Assembly: GCF_000143415.4 (NCBI RefSeq)
Contig: NW_003314287.1
Location: forward strand, 1,200,203 to 1,264,202
Reading direction: 5' to 3'
Length of the DNA stretch: 64,000 nucleotides
Source: Selaginella moellendorffii
Lineage: Eukaryota; Plantae; Lycopodiophyta
Under the pieces are notes generated by a model. The model saw only the letters and a program-made list of their open reading frames with translations. It searched no databases and had not been told where the DNA came from. Below, piece by piece: positions 39,401 to 51,866 of the stretch. Position numbers and translations under genes: made by a program. Positions within the stretch are counted from its first letter, which is position 1. Each line of letters begins with the position of its first letter.

Positions 39401-42400
39401 GCCCACGAAGCGGATCATGGGAGTGAGACAAATAGTATACACTTGGCATGAACTGTTTCCGAACGGTACGCAGCTTTGTGCTCCATTTTGGCTCTAACAA
39501 TGTACACCGCAGCGAAAAAAAATATTGCCGCTGTTCTTTCATTGTGGTCTCCTGTTATTCTGGTGAGCCGGCGACTTTTGTTATCAGAGTAACTTAATGC
39601 CCGCAACAGATATACTTCATGGACACACAAATTTGGTATGCTATATACTCGACGTTGTTTGGTGGGATTTTGGGCGCTTTCAGGCGACTTGGGGAGGTGT
39701 GAACATTACAGCTTTTAATTTTGTACGGCGATGAAGGCTCCTTGATTTTTCAGATTCGAACGCTGGGCATGTTGAGATCGAGGTTCCGTTCGTTACCTGG
39801 AACTTTCAACGAGAATCTAATTCCCGTTGATAAAGCGCCTCGAAAGGGATTTTCTTTCTCTCGAAAATTTGAACAGGTTCCAAATCATTTTGTTGTATGA
39901 CTTGGCATTACAACATTTACGTTGCAGAATACAGGGAAGGACAGGAAACAAGCTGCAAGATTTTCTCAGCTTTGGAATGAAGTCATCACTAGTTTTCGTG
40001 AAGAGGACCTTATCAACAACAGGCAAGTGCGCTGTGTTCCTGAAAGTTCTCTAACTTGAGACTGTTTACAGGGAAATGAACTTGATGCTTGTTCCATATT
40101 CATCGGATCCTAATCTTTCGATTGTGCAATGGCCACCATTCTTATTGGCTAGTAAGGTATAATCAACTGCACAATTTGGCTAGGACTAATACTCGTTTCC
40201 AGATTCCTGTTGCATTGCAAATGGCTGCAGAATATCGCGGAAAAGACAATATAGATCTCTGGCGCAAAATCAAGGCCGATGACTACAGGCATTGCGCTGT
40301 TGAGGAATGTTATGAAGCCTTCAAAGCCGTCATTAAAACAATTATTAGAAATGAACCGGACAAGCGGTACTATCTCCAGTTAATTCTATTTTCAGTTGCT
40401 AATACATCATTTCAGAATTATTGAAGATATAATACACACTGTCGAGCGGGACATCCAAGCCAATACATTTCTGCATCATTTCAAATTAAGCGCTCTGCCT
40501 TCACTTGCTTCAAAATTTGTGAGGCTGGTGGAGCTTCTGGTAACATGCTGTTTTTTCTTCACGGTTTTTTGTTCAAAATCACTTTCTGTGTCAGGCTCGT
40601 CCGGATCCAAACGCCCGGGATACGGTCATCTTACTCCTGCAAGATATGTATGAAGTTGTCACAAAAGACATGATGGTCGAAGAAGTGGAACTTAAAAATA
40701 CCAAGCACTCAAATTCCACAAATCAGCTATTCGACTCTGTTCTTTATCCACCCCCCGCTACAGACGCGTGGTTTGAGCAAGTAATTTTGTTTTTCCTTAC
40801 TCTTGTGCTGTCTAACCGTATAAGTTGTATCTACAGGTCAATAGACTTCATTTGCTTTTGACTGTAAAAGAGTCTGCTATGGATGTCCCCGTGAACCTAG
40901 AAGCCCGCCGACGTATTGCGTTCTTCACAAATTCGTTATTCATGGATATGCCACGTGCTCCTCGAGTCAGGAAAATGCTACCGTTCAGGTTTGCTAGTTT
41001 GTCCAAATGAAGTTTCTCGTGGTTTATACTTGTTTCTGGTTTACAGCGTGCTCACTCCGTACTACAGTGAAGACATTGTTTTTACCAAGGAGCAGCTTCA
41101 TCTAGAGAACGAAGACGGTGTTTCTATACTTTTCTACCTTCAAAAGATATATCCAGGCAAGCGAGTTGTATTCACTTTTGGCTGGTATACTGATCAAGGA
41201 AAATAATTTGCAGACGAATGGGATAACTTTTTGGAGAGAATCGCATGTAAGTCGGATGCTGATGCGTGGGGGAACGAGGAGTTCGAAATGCAGCTTCGTC
41301 ATTGGGCATCATTTAGGGGGCAAACTCTTCTAAGAACTGGTATGCTGCTTGTTTTTTATTATGGCTTTTAATGCACGACAAATATTTGCAGTAAGGGGAA
41401 TGATGTACTACCGAAGAGCACTCGAACTACAAGCGTTTCTTGACATGGCATCTGACGACGGTAAGAACTTCCTCTTCCAAATTGTAGTTAATATTTCTTG
41501 ATTGCTTGCAGAGATATTGGAAGGCTACAAAGTGATTGGTTGCTCTTCAAAGGAAACGAAAAAGAGTCAAAGATCTGTATGGGCGCAGTTGCAAGCTGTC
41601 GCCGACATGAAGTTCACATACGTTGCTACTTGTCAGATTTATGGACTTCAAAAGCGCTCAGGTGATCAGCGAGCAACAGATATATTGAACCTTATGCTGA
41701 AGTAAGAAGTTTTTAATTTATGATCTCACATGTAAGATAACCTTGCTTGCTCGAAATGTAGGCATCCATCACTTCGCGTTGCATATATTGATGAAGTTGA
41801 GGAGACGCAGAAAGACAATAAAAGCAAGAAAGTATACTACTCTGTCTTGGTAAAGGCTGTCGACGGGCTTGATCAGGTATGCGGACTTGGACTCCTCTTG
41901 TTTGTCATCTGCTCATGTATTGTGGCTCTCAGGAAATATACAGGATAAAGTTACCAGGTCCAGCTAAACTAGGGGAGGGAAAACCGGAAAATCAAAATCA
42001 TGCAATTATTTTTACGCGAGGCGAGGCTCTTCAGACGATTGATATGAACCAGGTAAGGTCAAATTATTAAAACCAGATGTTTAATCTTTTTGGTTTAGGA
42101 TAACTACTTGGAGGAAGCATTCAAGATGCGAAATCTTTTGGAAGAATTTCATGAAGATCACGGGGTGAGGCCTCCTAGTATTCTTGGTGTGAGGGAACAT
42201 ATTTTTACGGGAAGGTAACTGATCTGATTCAAAATTGTCTGGTTCTGAGTCATTGCTATCAGTGTTTCTTCCCTGGCGTGGTTTATGTCGAACCAAGAAA
42301 CAAGTTTTGTCACTATCGGGCAGCGGGTGCTTGCGAATCCATTAAAGTAAGTCCATTAACAGCAGAATCTTCTGTATTAATATGTTTTTTTTGTCTTTCA

Positions 42401-44342
42401 GGGTGCGGTTCCATTACGGACATCCAGATGTATTCGACAGACTCTTTCACATAACAAGAGGTGGCATCAGCAAAGCTTCAAAAGTTATCAATCTGAGCGA
42501 AGATATTTTTGCTGGTAAACTTAATGTTCTAAGGTTACATCACTAGATAAGTGAGTACTGCAGGGTTCAATTCAACTTTGCGACGAGGAAATGTAACACA
42601 TCACGAATACATACAGGTCGGGAAGGGCCGTGATGTTGGACTGAACCAAATAACACTTTTTGAGGCAAAAGTAGCAAACGGGAATGGTGAACAGACTTTG
42701 AGTAGAGATATCTATCGACTCGGCCATCGTTTTGATTTTTTCCGCATGATGTCCTGCTATTTTACAACAGTTGGTTTCTACGTCAACGCCCTGGTATGAA
42801 ACTGGTTTGTTCTGCTTCCATCATTCTAAAGATACTTTGTGCAGATCGTGGTGCTCACAGTCTATGTTTTTCTCTACGGACGGCTGTATCTATCATTAAG
42901 TGGCATGGAGAAGTCGCTGTTAAAAGTTGCAAACATGAAGAAAGACGTGAGCCTGCAAGCTGCCTTGGCCTCCCAATCGTTGGTTCAGCTTGGATTATTG
43001 ATGGCACTTCCAATGATCATGGAGATCGGTCTTGAGAGGGGCTTTCGTACAGCAATCAGCGACTTCATCATAATGCAGCTTCAACTGGCTTCCGTTTTCT
43101 TTACCTTTTCTCTCGGCACCAAGGTTCACTATTTCGGTAGAACGATACTGCACGGAGGGGCAAAGTACAGAGCTACCGGCCGAGGCTTCGTCGTTCGTCA
43201 TGAAAGATTTGCTGAGAATTATCGGTTATATTCGAGAAGCCACTTCACCAAAGCGTTGGAACTCATGATCCTGCTGATTGTCTACGTAGCTTATGGTTCG
43301 TCCGGGAATGGTGCGGTCGCTTATATGTTCATCACGGCTTCTATGTGGTTCCTGGTGGTCACCTGGCTATTCGCTCCCTTTCTGTTCAATCCGTCAGGTT
43401 TCGAGTGGCAAAAGATCGTGGAAGACTGGGACGACTGGAACAGGTGGATTGCTAACTCGGGAGGAATAGGAATTGCCGCGGTGAAGAGCTGGCAGTCCTG
43501 GTGGGACGAGGAGCATTCCTATCTCAACCACACAGGCTTGCGTGGTAGAATCATGGAATCTCTCTTGGCGATACGCTTCTTTCTGTATCAGTATGGCCTC
43601 GTCTACCACCTCAACATCACCAGCGGTCACAAGAACATTCTGGTAAGTCCATTCTGTTGATGCTTATTTTATAGCGTTGCGTGTCTGCTTGCAGATATAC
43701 GCTCTGTCGTGGCTTGTGATAATCGGCATTTTGATCGTTTTAAAGGTAACCAGCGAGTATTCTTTCGATACAAGAAACTTATGCCATTTTGTAATTTTTT
43801 GTAGATCGTGTCGATGGGACGAAGACGCTTCAGTGGTGACTTCCAACTCATGTTCCGGCTCTTAAAGGGGATGCTCTTCATGGGATTTGTTTCGATAATC
43901 ATCATACTCTTCGTGGTGGTTGGCCTGACGGTCGGAGATCTCTTTGTCACGCTACTCGCGTTCCTCCCAACTGGTTGGGCCCTCTTGCAGGTAAAGCTAT
44001 CGACACCAGACTCTTCCTCTTTTCCTTACCAAACTTCCACCAGCAAACTGGCAGCCTTTTTCTTACTGACGCTTTGATTAACTCTCTCTTTTGCTTTTGT
44101 TCTCCGCAGATAGGAATGGCGTGCCGGCCACTGGTGGAATCGATGGGCTTCTGGGGCTCCGTCAGGGCCCTGGCACGGAGCTATGAGTTCTTCATGGGGC
44201 TGCTCATCTTCACGCCCGTTGCGATCCTGGCGTGGTTCCCATTCGTGTCCGAGTTCCAGACGCGGCTACTCTTCAACCAGGCCTTTAGCCGGGCCTCCAG
44301 ATCTCTCGGATCCTTGCGGGCCGGAAGAAACTCGGTGAATGA
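36459..44342 (+). CDS. CALS: Callose synthase (GT48, GSL/CalS), many exons; apparent 1-nt frameshift near the C-terminus
   Basis: [111 protein letters not shown] and [13 protein letters not shown]. It includes GC-AG-type donors at about 40023 and 41157. Confidence 0.95.
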
Positions 44343-44520
44343 AACATCGACCATATCACCATGACACTCCTGCAGAGGAAAGATGTCACAGTTCCTCTCG
44401 TTTTGCAGTTTTGTACAAAACGGAACTTTACAACGAATATGATCACTAACAGACACATTTTGTACGAGTCTAGAAACAAAGTCAATGTGATCAACTTCTG
44501 AAACAAAGTTTCATCACCTT

Positions 44521-44860
44521 TTATCGAGGAGATAGCATGTCAGGATGGCGTCCAGGGTTGAGACCTCTGCCATGGCACCGTCCTCTCCGAGCACCACGAC
44601 CAGCCCGATGCTTTGCAGGACCCTCACGTCAGTCCATACGCGATCTATCATGGTAGCATTGTGTTAGTAACAAACAGTGAAGATGGTGTCTATGTTTCAC
44701 CTTGGCCATGGAATGTGGCGCGATGAGCATGGCATCGGCCCACTGCCGGAGATCTTCACCTCGGCCCAGCAACACAGGCTATGCGCCAGCGTCGCAACCT
44801 TGACCGCCCCAACGCTGCCGGTAACCCCCAGGAGAACTCTGGGAGCTCCACCCAAGCGTC
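44521..44860 (-). pseudogene. HAL3/phosphopantothenoylcysteine decarboxylase pseudogene with internal deletions
   Basis: PRVLLGVTGSVGAVKVATLAHSLCCWAEVK, then after a frame change DLRQWADAMLIAP, a GT-AG intron remnant, and GAMAE. The central segments (including the catalytic His region and PAMN) are missing. Confidence 0.75.
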
Positions 44861-45130
44861 TCAGATAGAAATAAAACTGGGCGAGGAGATGAAGCGTTAT
44901 GGTTGGAGGGAGCTTCACAACATGTGATCATATTATCAAAGCATGTACACTTTGAGACAAAAGAATTTCTGGTATAATGAATGTAACTGGCCAAAATATA
45001 CACACACACACAGCGAGTAAACAAGACGACACGAGCTTGCCTCGTTTTCCTTGTTTCTCTTCCATCCCTGCTTGTAAGTAAGAAAAAAAAAAAAAAAAAA
45101 AGAATCCGATTCCTTCCAAACTTTGTCCAC

Positions 45131-46660
45131 TCACGCCACTTTTATCCGGGACCCCGCCTCCGCCACCTTGTTCTTCCTCTTGGACAGGAGATCTAGAACT
45201 TGCCACGTCGCGTCGCCACGAACGAGCGGCTGGTTGTATACCAACGCCTGGCGCACCTCGTCTCTCCAGAGATTGGCCTGGATCATGGACACATTGGTGG
45301 CCGCCACCCTGCTCAGGATCCTGTCCAGCTTGTGCACGTCCCTCTCCGCCACCGTGACCGAGATCTTCCTCCAGTCGATGACGTGCGAGTAGGGGAGCTG
45401 GATGTTGTCCGCGATGATCACCGGGATGCAGCCCTGGATCACCGACTCCACGATGCGCGGGCTCCACGGCGCCCACCCCAGCGGGCACAGGCAGAACACC
45501 GAGCGCAGCATCTCCGCCTTGTAGTTGTCGGACCTCTTGCGCTTTATGAAGAAGCGCCGGTCGTGCGAGAAGCGTCGCCAGATTGTGGTTCTCACGCCCC
45601 TGCATTAAAATCACCCACGACAAAGTTGGTTTTCAATCCGGACAGTGAAAGACAAGAGGAAAAAAGTACCTGCTGTACATGTGGCCGCTAACGTTCTTGG
45701 GGTGGATCTCCATCTTGCCCCTGAAAAACGCCAGGATCTTGCGGCGCTGGCTCCTGGGATCGGGCAACTTCTTGGCTGGAACCACGTAGGGAGGTATCTG
45801 GATATGGTCCACATTCTGGCAGGGGTGCTTGTTCTTTTCCCCGAAAGTTTGCAGGATGATGGAGTTTCTCAAAAACTGTGGGATGCCCATTGTGACCGCT
45901 AAATCCTCCTGAGAAAACCACATTGGAAAGAGTCATGCATGCATGCGAAGGAGCCAAAACTTATCAAGCCGTGATCCAGAAACGTACCATTGCATGGAAG
46001 CATGCCCCGAAGTCGTGGGTGGCAACAAAGACGTGGTCTCGGCCTTGATGGCGATCCCAGAAAGGCATGTTACGTGAAACCAAGCCCACTGCTGCCTGGA
46101 GAATGTCCGACGCGTGAAACAGCGTCGGGAACCCGGATCTGCTGGTGAAATTGCACGAGACGTACACGGGCATGAAGAAAAAGTCCGCCTCGTCCGGATC
46201 CAAGGTTCGCACGGGACTGCGCAGCAAATTCTGGTGAATGGCAACCTCGGCAGCGAAAAGATGGCTGCTACACCGGCTATCCACAAGCCAGTCGGTGTTG
46301 TAGCTGGAGGGAAGATCGTAGATATACACCTTGATGTTGGAAGATAGACCTAGAGGACCACCTGGAGGAGAAATCCATAAGCAAGAGAACGCAAAAGAAG
46401 AAAATGCCCAAGTACCTTGATCGAGAATTGGGGATTTAGATCTTTGCAAAAACANNNNNNNNNNNNNNNNNNNNNNNNNNNNNNNNNNNNNNNNNNNNNN
46501 NNNNNNNNNNNNNNNNNNNNNNNNNNNNNNNNNNNNNNNNNNNNNNNNNNNNNNATAGATCGAGCTCCGTAGCAGCGATCGAGAGGGCAAGAAATGGCGG
46601 GCGCCGGGCGGGCGGACTCGCTATGGAGCCGCCGCCGATAGAAAGAAAGAGTAAAACCAC
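45131..46660 (-). CDS. IRX7: GT47 exostosin-family glycosyltransferase, IRX7/FRA8-like (xylan synthesis); 5' end obscured by N gap
   Basis: IKVYIYDLPSSYNTDWLVDSRCSSHLFAAEVAIH, EADFFFMPVYVSCNF, GRDHVFVATHDFGACFHAM, FFRGKME and SVFCLCPLGWAPWSPRIVES. The start is not determinable because of the N run at about 46456-46554. Confidence 0.85.
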
Positions 46661-48206
46661 AAACGCGAAAGCGTGCGTGGGGGATTTTTCCTCCTCCCCG
46701 GTTAAAATATTCCACCCTCCCCGGGTAAGAACCGTTTTACCACACCCATTACGTACAAAATAATGTGGTCCACATTTGTTGGTTTGTACTTGGGCCAGTG
46801 GCTCCCTGGCTATGAAAACTGTGCGTGTCATTATAGTAAGCAGGGCGCCAGCGAGGATATTGCTGGACCCCTCCATGGGATTATCCGCCAAAAATCTTCA
46901 TACCATACCAAACCATTAGCGGTTAATTATTCCTCGCGAACGAGAACGCGGGGATTGGAATATGCCCCTGGAGAAGCATTGAACCACACCAAACAAACGC
47001 AATTACACCTTTCTCGCATTCTTACAATTTCGCGACAACGACATAAGATTAAACTATGGGTGGCGTGTTTATTTAGAATTAGGATAGATATGGGCTTTGT
47101 ATTCTTCCCTCAAACAAACACCTCTATCTTCCAAAACGATCGATCGTGGATTTAGCATTGGATGCTCGCTGGGCTTTTCTCCGTTCTTTAGCTCAGAAAT
47201 GGACGTCAATTTTCGCGGTAAACATCTCAACTACCACGTAGGACGCCTGGCACTGCCATCCTGGCAGGGATCGTCCGATGTGTCGGCCTGTCACTCGTCA
47301 CGGGTAGCTCTGGTCCATCCCTCTACTCTCGTGACCCCTGCCACGCAGACGACACCATCATTCTCTAGCCTGCATTTTGACATCAGGATTTACCTTCCAC
47401 TCTTTTTTACCTTGTACGGGAGTGGGTAAAAGTCGCTCTAGCTTTTCTCCAGGGAACCTGTAAGGAATCTTTGAAGCATAGAAAAGCTTTGGGTGGAATC
47501 ATCACGCATTCCCCAAATTCTAAAGTAGTATAAGTTGACATAAAGGTTTTGATTGCACAGGCAGCAAGCCCAAGCACCCACAAAATTAAATCATAAAAAA
47601 TCATAGATTTCTCAAAGACAACACAAAAATCAAACCCAAAGCACAACATATCAGATTGACCGGAATAAAACCATCTAAGTATTGTTTAGTGCAAAAGAGC
47701 GGGTCTCTTTCCAATAATTAATATCCATAAAACCAAATCATGTTGGTCATACTCAACCTCATCCACTGCCATATTTTTTTATTGATGTTTTTGCTCAAGG
47801 TACCTGGATTAAAAAGCCTGAAGCTCTTGCTGCCAGATTCGAACCCCGGCATGAACCTTATCATTGTCTGGACTCGATTCTAAAAAGATTCCACACCCGT
47901 GCAAGCATATTACCTGAGTTATGCATCGAAAGGATCAATCGAAAAGAAAAAGATGGTAGGAAACACAATAATATGAAAATAGTTGATGATACGATTGGAG
48001 TTTCCAAACTCCTGTGATCATTTGCTCATACACGCGACCATCGCGCTCAATGCATTCTTATCTTTGGCCAAAGAGATCAATGAGTTCTCTCTTTCTTTTC
48101 TCTTCTTGTTCTCGCTGGCTGGAAGTTGTGCTTTAGAAAGTTTTGATTAGAAGAGAACTCAAGGTTATAGAAGCAATGGACGGATTTGCCAGAACTTACG
48201 GCCTTG

Positions 48207-50038
48207 TCAATTGTTCTTTGAGTTTGTGGTCGCACAGAACTGGAGGGAAGTTTGAGTGTCCGAGCTTCCCAGGCAGTTGTATGGATCCTCAGCCCCATAC
48301 CACTCTCCCATGGCGTTCCAGCAGAAGGACGACGTAGTGGACAAGTCATTAGAACCGGAAAGCGTAAGACTTACATCCTGCAGGAAAATATTCTGGCAAG
48401 GGACGGTGTCGCTGCACGCAAGGTACACTGAGAAATCTGTCCGAGACGTGCCGCGGATGTTCTTGAAATAAACGTCGTGAACTTGCACCGCATCTGTCTG
48501 GAGCATCGTCAATTTCGGATCAAAACGCTCAGAGTTTCTTTAACCGAGAAACAGAAACCTGGTTCTCGCAAGGAAGCACACTGTCGCAGTAGAACTGGTT
48601 TATAATGACTGGAAATGCAACGTCATTCATTGTCACACTCTCGAAATGAACGTCATGAACCACCCCTGTACCGCCCTGGAAGCAAAAAAGAAGATCAGTC
48701 TAGCCAGCCTAGAAAAGATTGAAAGAGAAATATGTCACGCCTGCCATGTCTTAATCCTCAAGCCGTTTTGGGCTCCATTTATGACAAGGTCCTTGACATA
48801 AACACCAGCAACGCAAGCCCAGGAATCATATTTTCCAAGGCCACCTATACTGCGCAAGAAAAATATGAGAAAACTTCCGTGGAGATCACGGGATCAGGAA
48901 AAACCCCACCTCACACCGTGGCCCGGACCACAAGTCACTCTCTCGATATAAATGTTATACGAGCCTGTTTGTATGGAGATGCAATCGTCCCCTGGAAAAC
49001 CCACCACTTTGTCAACACCGAGAAAACTTCGAGCGATTACCTGTGCCGATGAGAGTGTCCTGGAGATAAACGTTTTCCGAGCGGACAATATGTATACCAT
49101 CTGTGTTGGGACTGTCGCTGGGAGCAACAACTTGTAGTCCAGTCATGTAGACCTCGTTGCAGCTTTCCACTGAGAGATGGAATTCCTGGCTGTCTTTCAA
49201 GGTCAAGTAGGAGATCTCCACGGCACTGATGCGTCTCAGCAATACGGACTGCGAGCTGAGGGACATACATTAGCGTTGAATGAGAGAAAAAAAAGCACCG
49301 ACTCAAGGATATAGAAGTTTCAAAGCGATCCCATGCTTCTTCTTTTTGTTTAGTTCTGAAAGTTCGAGAGGCGGACGAGAGGTAACCTACGGTTGGTGAT
49401 TTCGTTCGGCAATCCTGGCATTAAACATTTCCATCAGCGAAAAAGAGGAAAAGAAGATAAAGCTCACCGCAAAAGGATAGATCTTGCATGAATAAGCCCA
49501 CCAAAAGTCACCTCTTCCGTCTATCACACCATAGCCGGTTAGCCTGAAAAGCTGGAGACCACTGAAAACCAGCCAGCCATCAAGGTCTACGTTCCAGTTA
49601 CTAAGATCATCCCTTGCCATGATTGTTCCATCCACCTAGAAGGAGAAAACAATGTGAGTTCTTGGAAGAAACTATTGTTCTTTCTAGCTATGGAGGGCAA
49701 AATACCCGCAAAGTGATATAATCCGCGCAAGGACCCGAGAGCTCCACTGGCCCGATCACAAACGAGTATGTTGCTGGGAACAGCACTGTGGAGGACGGGA
49801 CGAAGCAAGCAGCTTCCCAGGCGCTCAAAAATGCCTGGACGATCGAAACAAGGAATTGGAATCGCACAGATATTTTTCGCTCAAGAACAAGTACCTGGGA
49901 GTCGTCCGTCTCGCCATCGCCAAGCGCGCCAAAGGATGTGACATCGAAGACCGGAGGGACGAAAAGGAAGTCGCTATCTTCCAGCGCCGATCCGACGCTC
50001 GCGAAGGCGATCGCGATCGCCATTGCTATCGCGCGCAT
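48207..50038 (-). CDS. Polygalacturonase (GH28), multi-exon, with signal peptide
   Basis: Signal [18 protein letters not shown] and [20 protein letters not shown]. All four GH28 motifs are present: SPNTDG, GDDC, CGPGHG and GLRIKTW. Confidence 0.92.
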
Positions 50039-50083
50039 TCCTTGCCCAAAGTATGGAATTATTTTTAGGGCTCTTGGGAGGCA

Positions 50084-51157
50084 ATGCTCCGGACGATCTG
50101 GAATGCGCTGTGCCGGGCGATTGCCTGGATCGGCGTCCGGATCCTCCTCTGCGGCCCAGTGCCGCAGCACATCGCGATCATCATGGACGGCAACAGGCGC
50201 TTCGCGGACAGGGCCGGGATCGACAGGAAGAGCGGCCATGGATTTGGCTACGATAGCCTCATCCAGACGCTGGAGCTGTGCTTGGATCTGGGGGTGAGGT
50301 ACGTAACAGTGTACGCATTCAGCATCGACAACTTCGCGCGATCGCAAGAGGAGGTGAGCGCGCTCATGGAGCTCATGCGTGAGAAGCTGGACCTTCTCGT
50401 CTCCAACGAAGGGCTGGCCACCGCGAAAGGGATTCGCGTGTGTGTTCTTGGAGACTTGACCTTGCTCCCGGAAGATGTAAGAGCTTCCGCGAATCGAGCG
50501 ATGGCCGCGACCAAGCACAACTCCATAACCGTGCTTAACATATGTGTGGCCTATACATCCACGCAAGAGATTGTCAACGCTACCAGAGAGGCTGTCAAGG
50601 AAGCTCTTGGATTGAGCTCATCGAAGGTACTGGACTCATATTTCCTTAGCTCTTTCTTGTTTGTTCTTGACGGATTTGTTTTTCAGTCCGGTGGTTCTCA
50701 ACTTACGAATGAAAACGATGGAAGGAACTCACTAAAGGTGATCTCTCCTTCTCCCTCTCCCTCTTCTCTTTTGACATCCTTTTCCTTGTGCTTGTTTTGG
50801 CAGACTTTGGACTCGCAAATCACAAAGGAAAGCATCGAACGGCATCTCTACACGGCAGGATCTCCATGGCCGGACGTGCTGATACGAACCTCGGGCGAGA
50901 CGAGGCTAAGCAACTTTATGCTGTGGCAAGCTTGCCACTCGCACTTGGCCTTTTGCAACGTCCTGTGGCCCAACTTCTCCTTCCGGCACCTATTTTGGAT
51001 CATCTTCCAGTACCAGAAAAGCTACCGATCTCTACAACACCACTGGATCAAGGCCCAGAGCTTTTGGATCATCCTCCAGTACCAGAGAAGCAACCGATCT
51101 CTACAACACCACTGGCACAAGGCCCAGAGCTTTCAAACTCGCCAAAAGTTTGGATAA
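50084..51157 (+). CDS. cis-prenyltransferase (dehydrodolichyl diphosphate synthase-like)
   Basis: PQHIAIIMDGNRRFA, VTVYAFSIDNFAR, LNICVAYTS, PDVLIRTSGETRLSNFMLWQ and LWPNFS. Two probable short in-frame introns at about 50627-50686 and 50739-50803. Confidence 0.92.
   Translation: MLRTIWNALCRAIAWIGVRILLCGPVPQHIAIIMDGNRRFADRAGIDRKSGHGFGYDSLIQTLELCLDLGVRYVTVYAFSIDNFARSQEEVSALMELMREKLDLLVSNEGLATAKGIRVCVLGDLTLLPEDVRASANRAMAATKHNSITVLNICVAYTSTQEIVNATREAVKEALGLSSSKVLDSYFLSSFLFVLDGFVFQSGGSQLTNENDGRNSLKVISPSPSPSSLLTSFSLCLFWQTLDSQITKESIERHLYTAGSPWPDVLIRTSGETRLSNFMLWQACHSHLAFCNVLWPNFSFRHLFWIIFQYQKSYRSLQHHWIKAQSFWIILQYQRSNRSLQHHWHKAQSFQTRQKFG
50993..51130 (+). repeat. 69-bp tandem duplication in the cis-prenyltransferase C-terminus
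   Basis: Units start at 50993 and 51062 and encode FWIIFQYQKSYRSLQHHWIKAQS / FWIILQYQRSNRSLQHHWHKAQS. Confidence 0.9.
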
Positions 51158-51206
51158 CATTGATGAGAAAAGAACTTTACAAAGAACTCTATGAAAACCA
51201 AATCGC

Positions 51207-51866
51207 CTAACATCCTCTACCAGCGCGAAGCTGCTCGGTGAACGAAGTGGTGGCCACTGGCTTGCCAAGATTATACTGGAGCATCATGCTATCAACATCC
51301 TTGACAAATCGATCAGCGAGAGGGGTGTTGATCACCTGCTGCTGTGGAACGAGCAGGAACTCGTAATTGTGAAGCAAGTAGTCGTGCGGGGCTGGCTGCA
51401 TGTATCCTTCCAAAACTCTCCCGAGAGTTCCATCGCCATTGTTGATCGATGATCCGCGGATGTTTGCGACCCAGTAGTGGATGTACGTGTACTGATCCGC
51501 GATCGAGAAGATCGACCTCGACGCCCTCCGATCCAGCATAATAAGCGAGTAGAGCTGGTTGGGGTCGGCGTGGCCGGTTACTCGAATTTGAGGAGTGCTC
51601 ACGGTGTCCCGGCACGAGAAAATGCTTCCAATCCTTACTGGCACTCCTCCGTACGAGATTTCCAACGAGAGAGACACTGGAGGTGGAGTTGAGTGAAAAG
51701 CTGGCGGTGGTGGTGGCGAAGATGGTGTTGGAGGTGAGTGAAAAGGTGGCGGAGCAACAGTGGCTGATGGAGATGAGCAAGGGCAGAAGCACCTATCGGA
51801 AGAACCATAGCTTGCACCAAGGAAACCGAGGAGGAGCACAGCAGCCATGCACACATAAGACTTCAT
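51207..51866 (-). CDS. Divergent PEBP-fold protein with signal peptide and Pro-rich linker; intronless
   Basis: Hydrophobic leader VCMAAVLLLGFLGASYG and SPPPPP linker. PEBP-like core TPQIRV..LYSLIMLD..YIHYWVANI..GRVLEGYMQPAP..HNYEFLLVPQ..YNLGKPVA. Confidence 0.72.
   Translation of the reverse strand: MKSYVCMAAVLLLGFLGASYGSSDRCFCPCSSPSATVAPPPFHSPPTPSSPPPPPAFHSTPPPVSLSLEISYGGVPVRIGSIFSCRDTVSTPQIRVTGHADPNQLYSLIMLDRRASRSIFSIADQYTYIHYWVANIRGSSINNGDGTLGRVLEGYMQPAPHDYLLHNYEFLLVPQQQVINTPLADRFVKDVDSMMLQYNLGKPVATTSFTEQLRAGRGC

Noticed and set aside
47825-47855. B-box-like GGTTCGAATCTGG on the minus strand, possible tRNA or SINE
   Set aside because: No cloverleaf or A box could be built around it.
36459-50038. 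Cell-wall gene cluster (callose synthase, IRX7-like, polygalacturonase)
   Set aside because: The genes act on different polymers and belong to large families, so adjacency in a gene-dense genome is not evidence of a functional cluster.
49688-50566. 292-aa minus-strand ORF
   Set aside because: The upstream part is antisense to the cis-prenyltransferase. Only the portion from ATG 50038 is the polygalacturonase.
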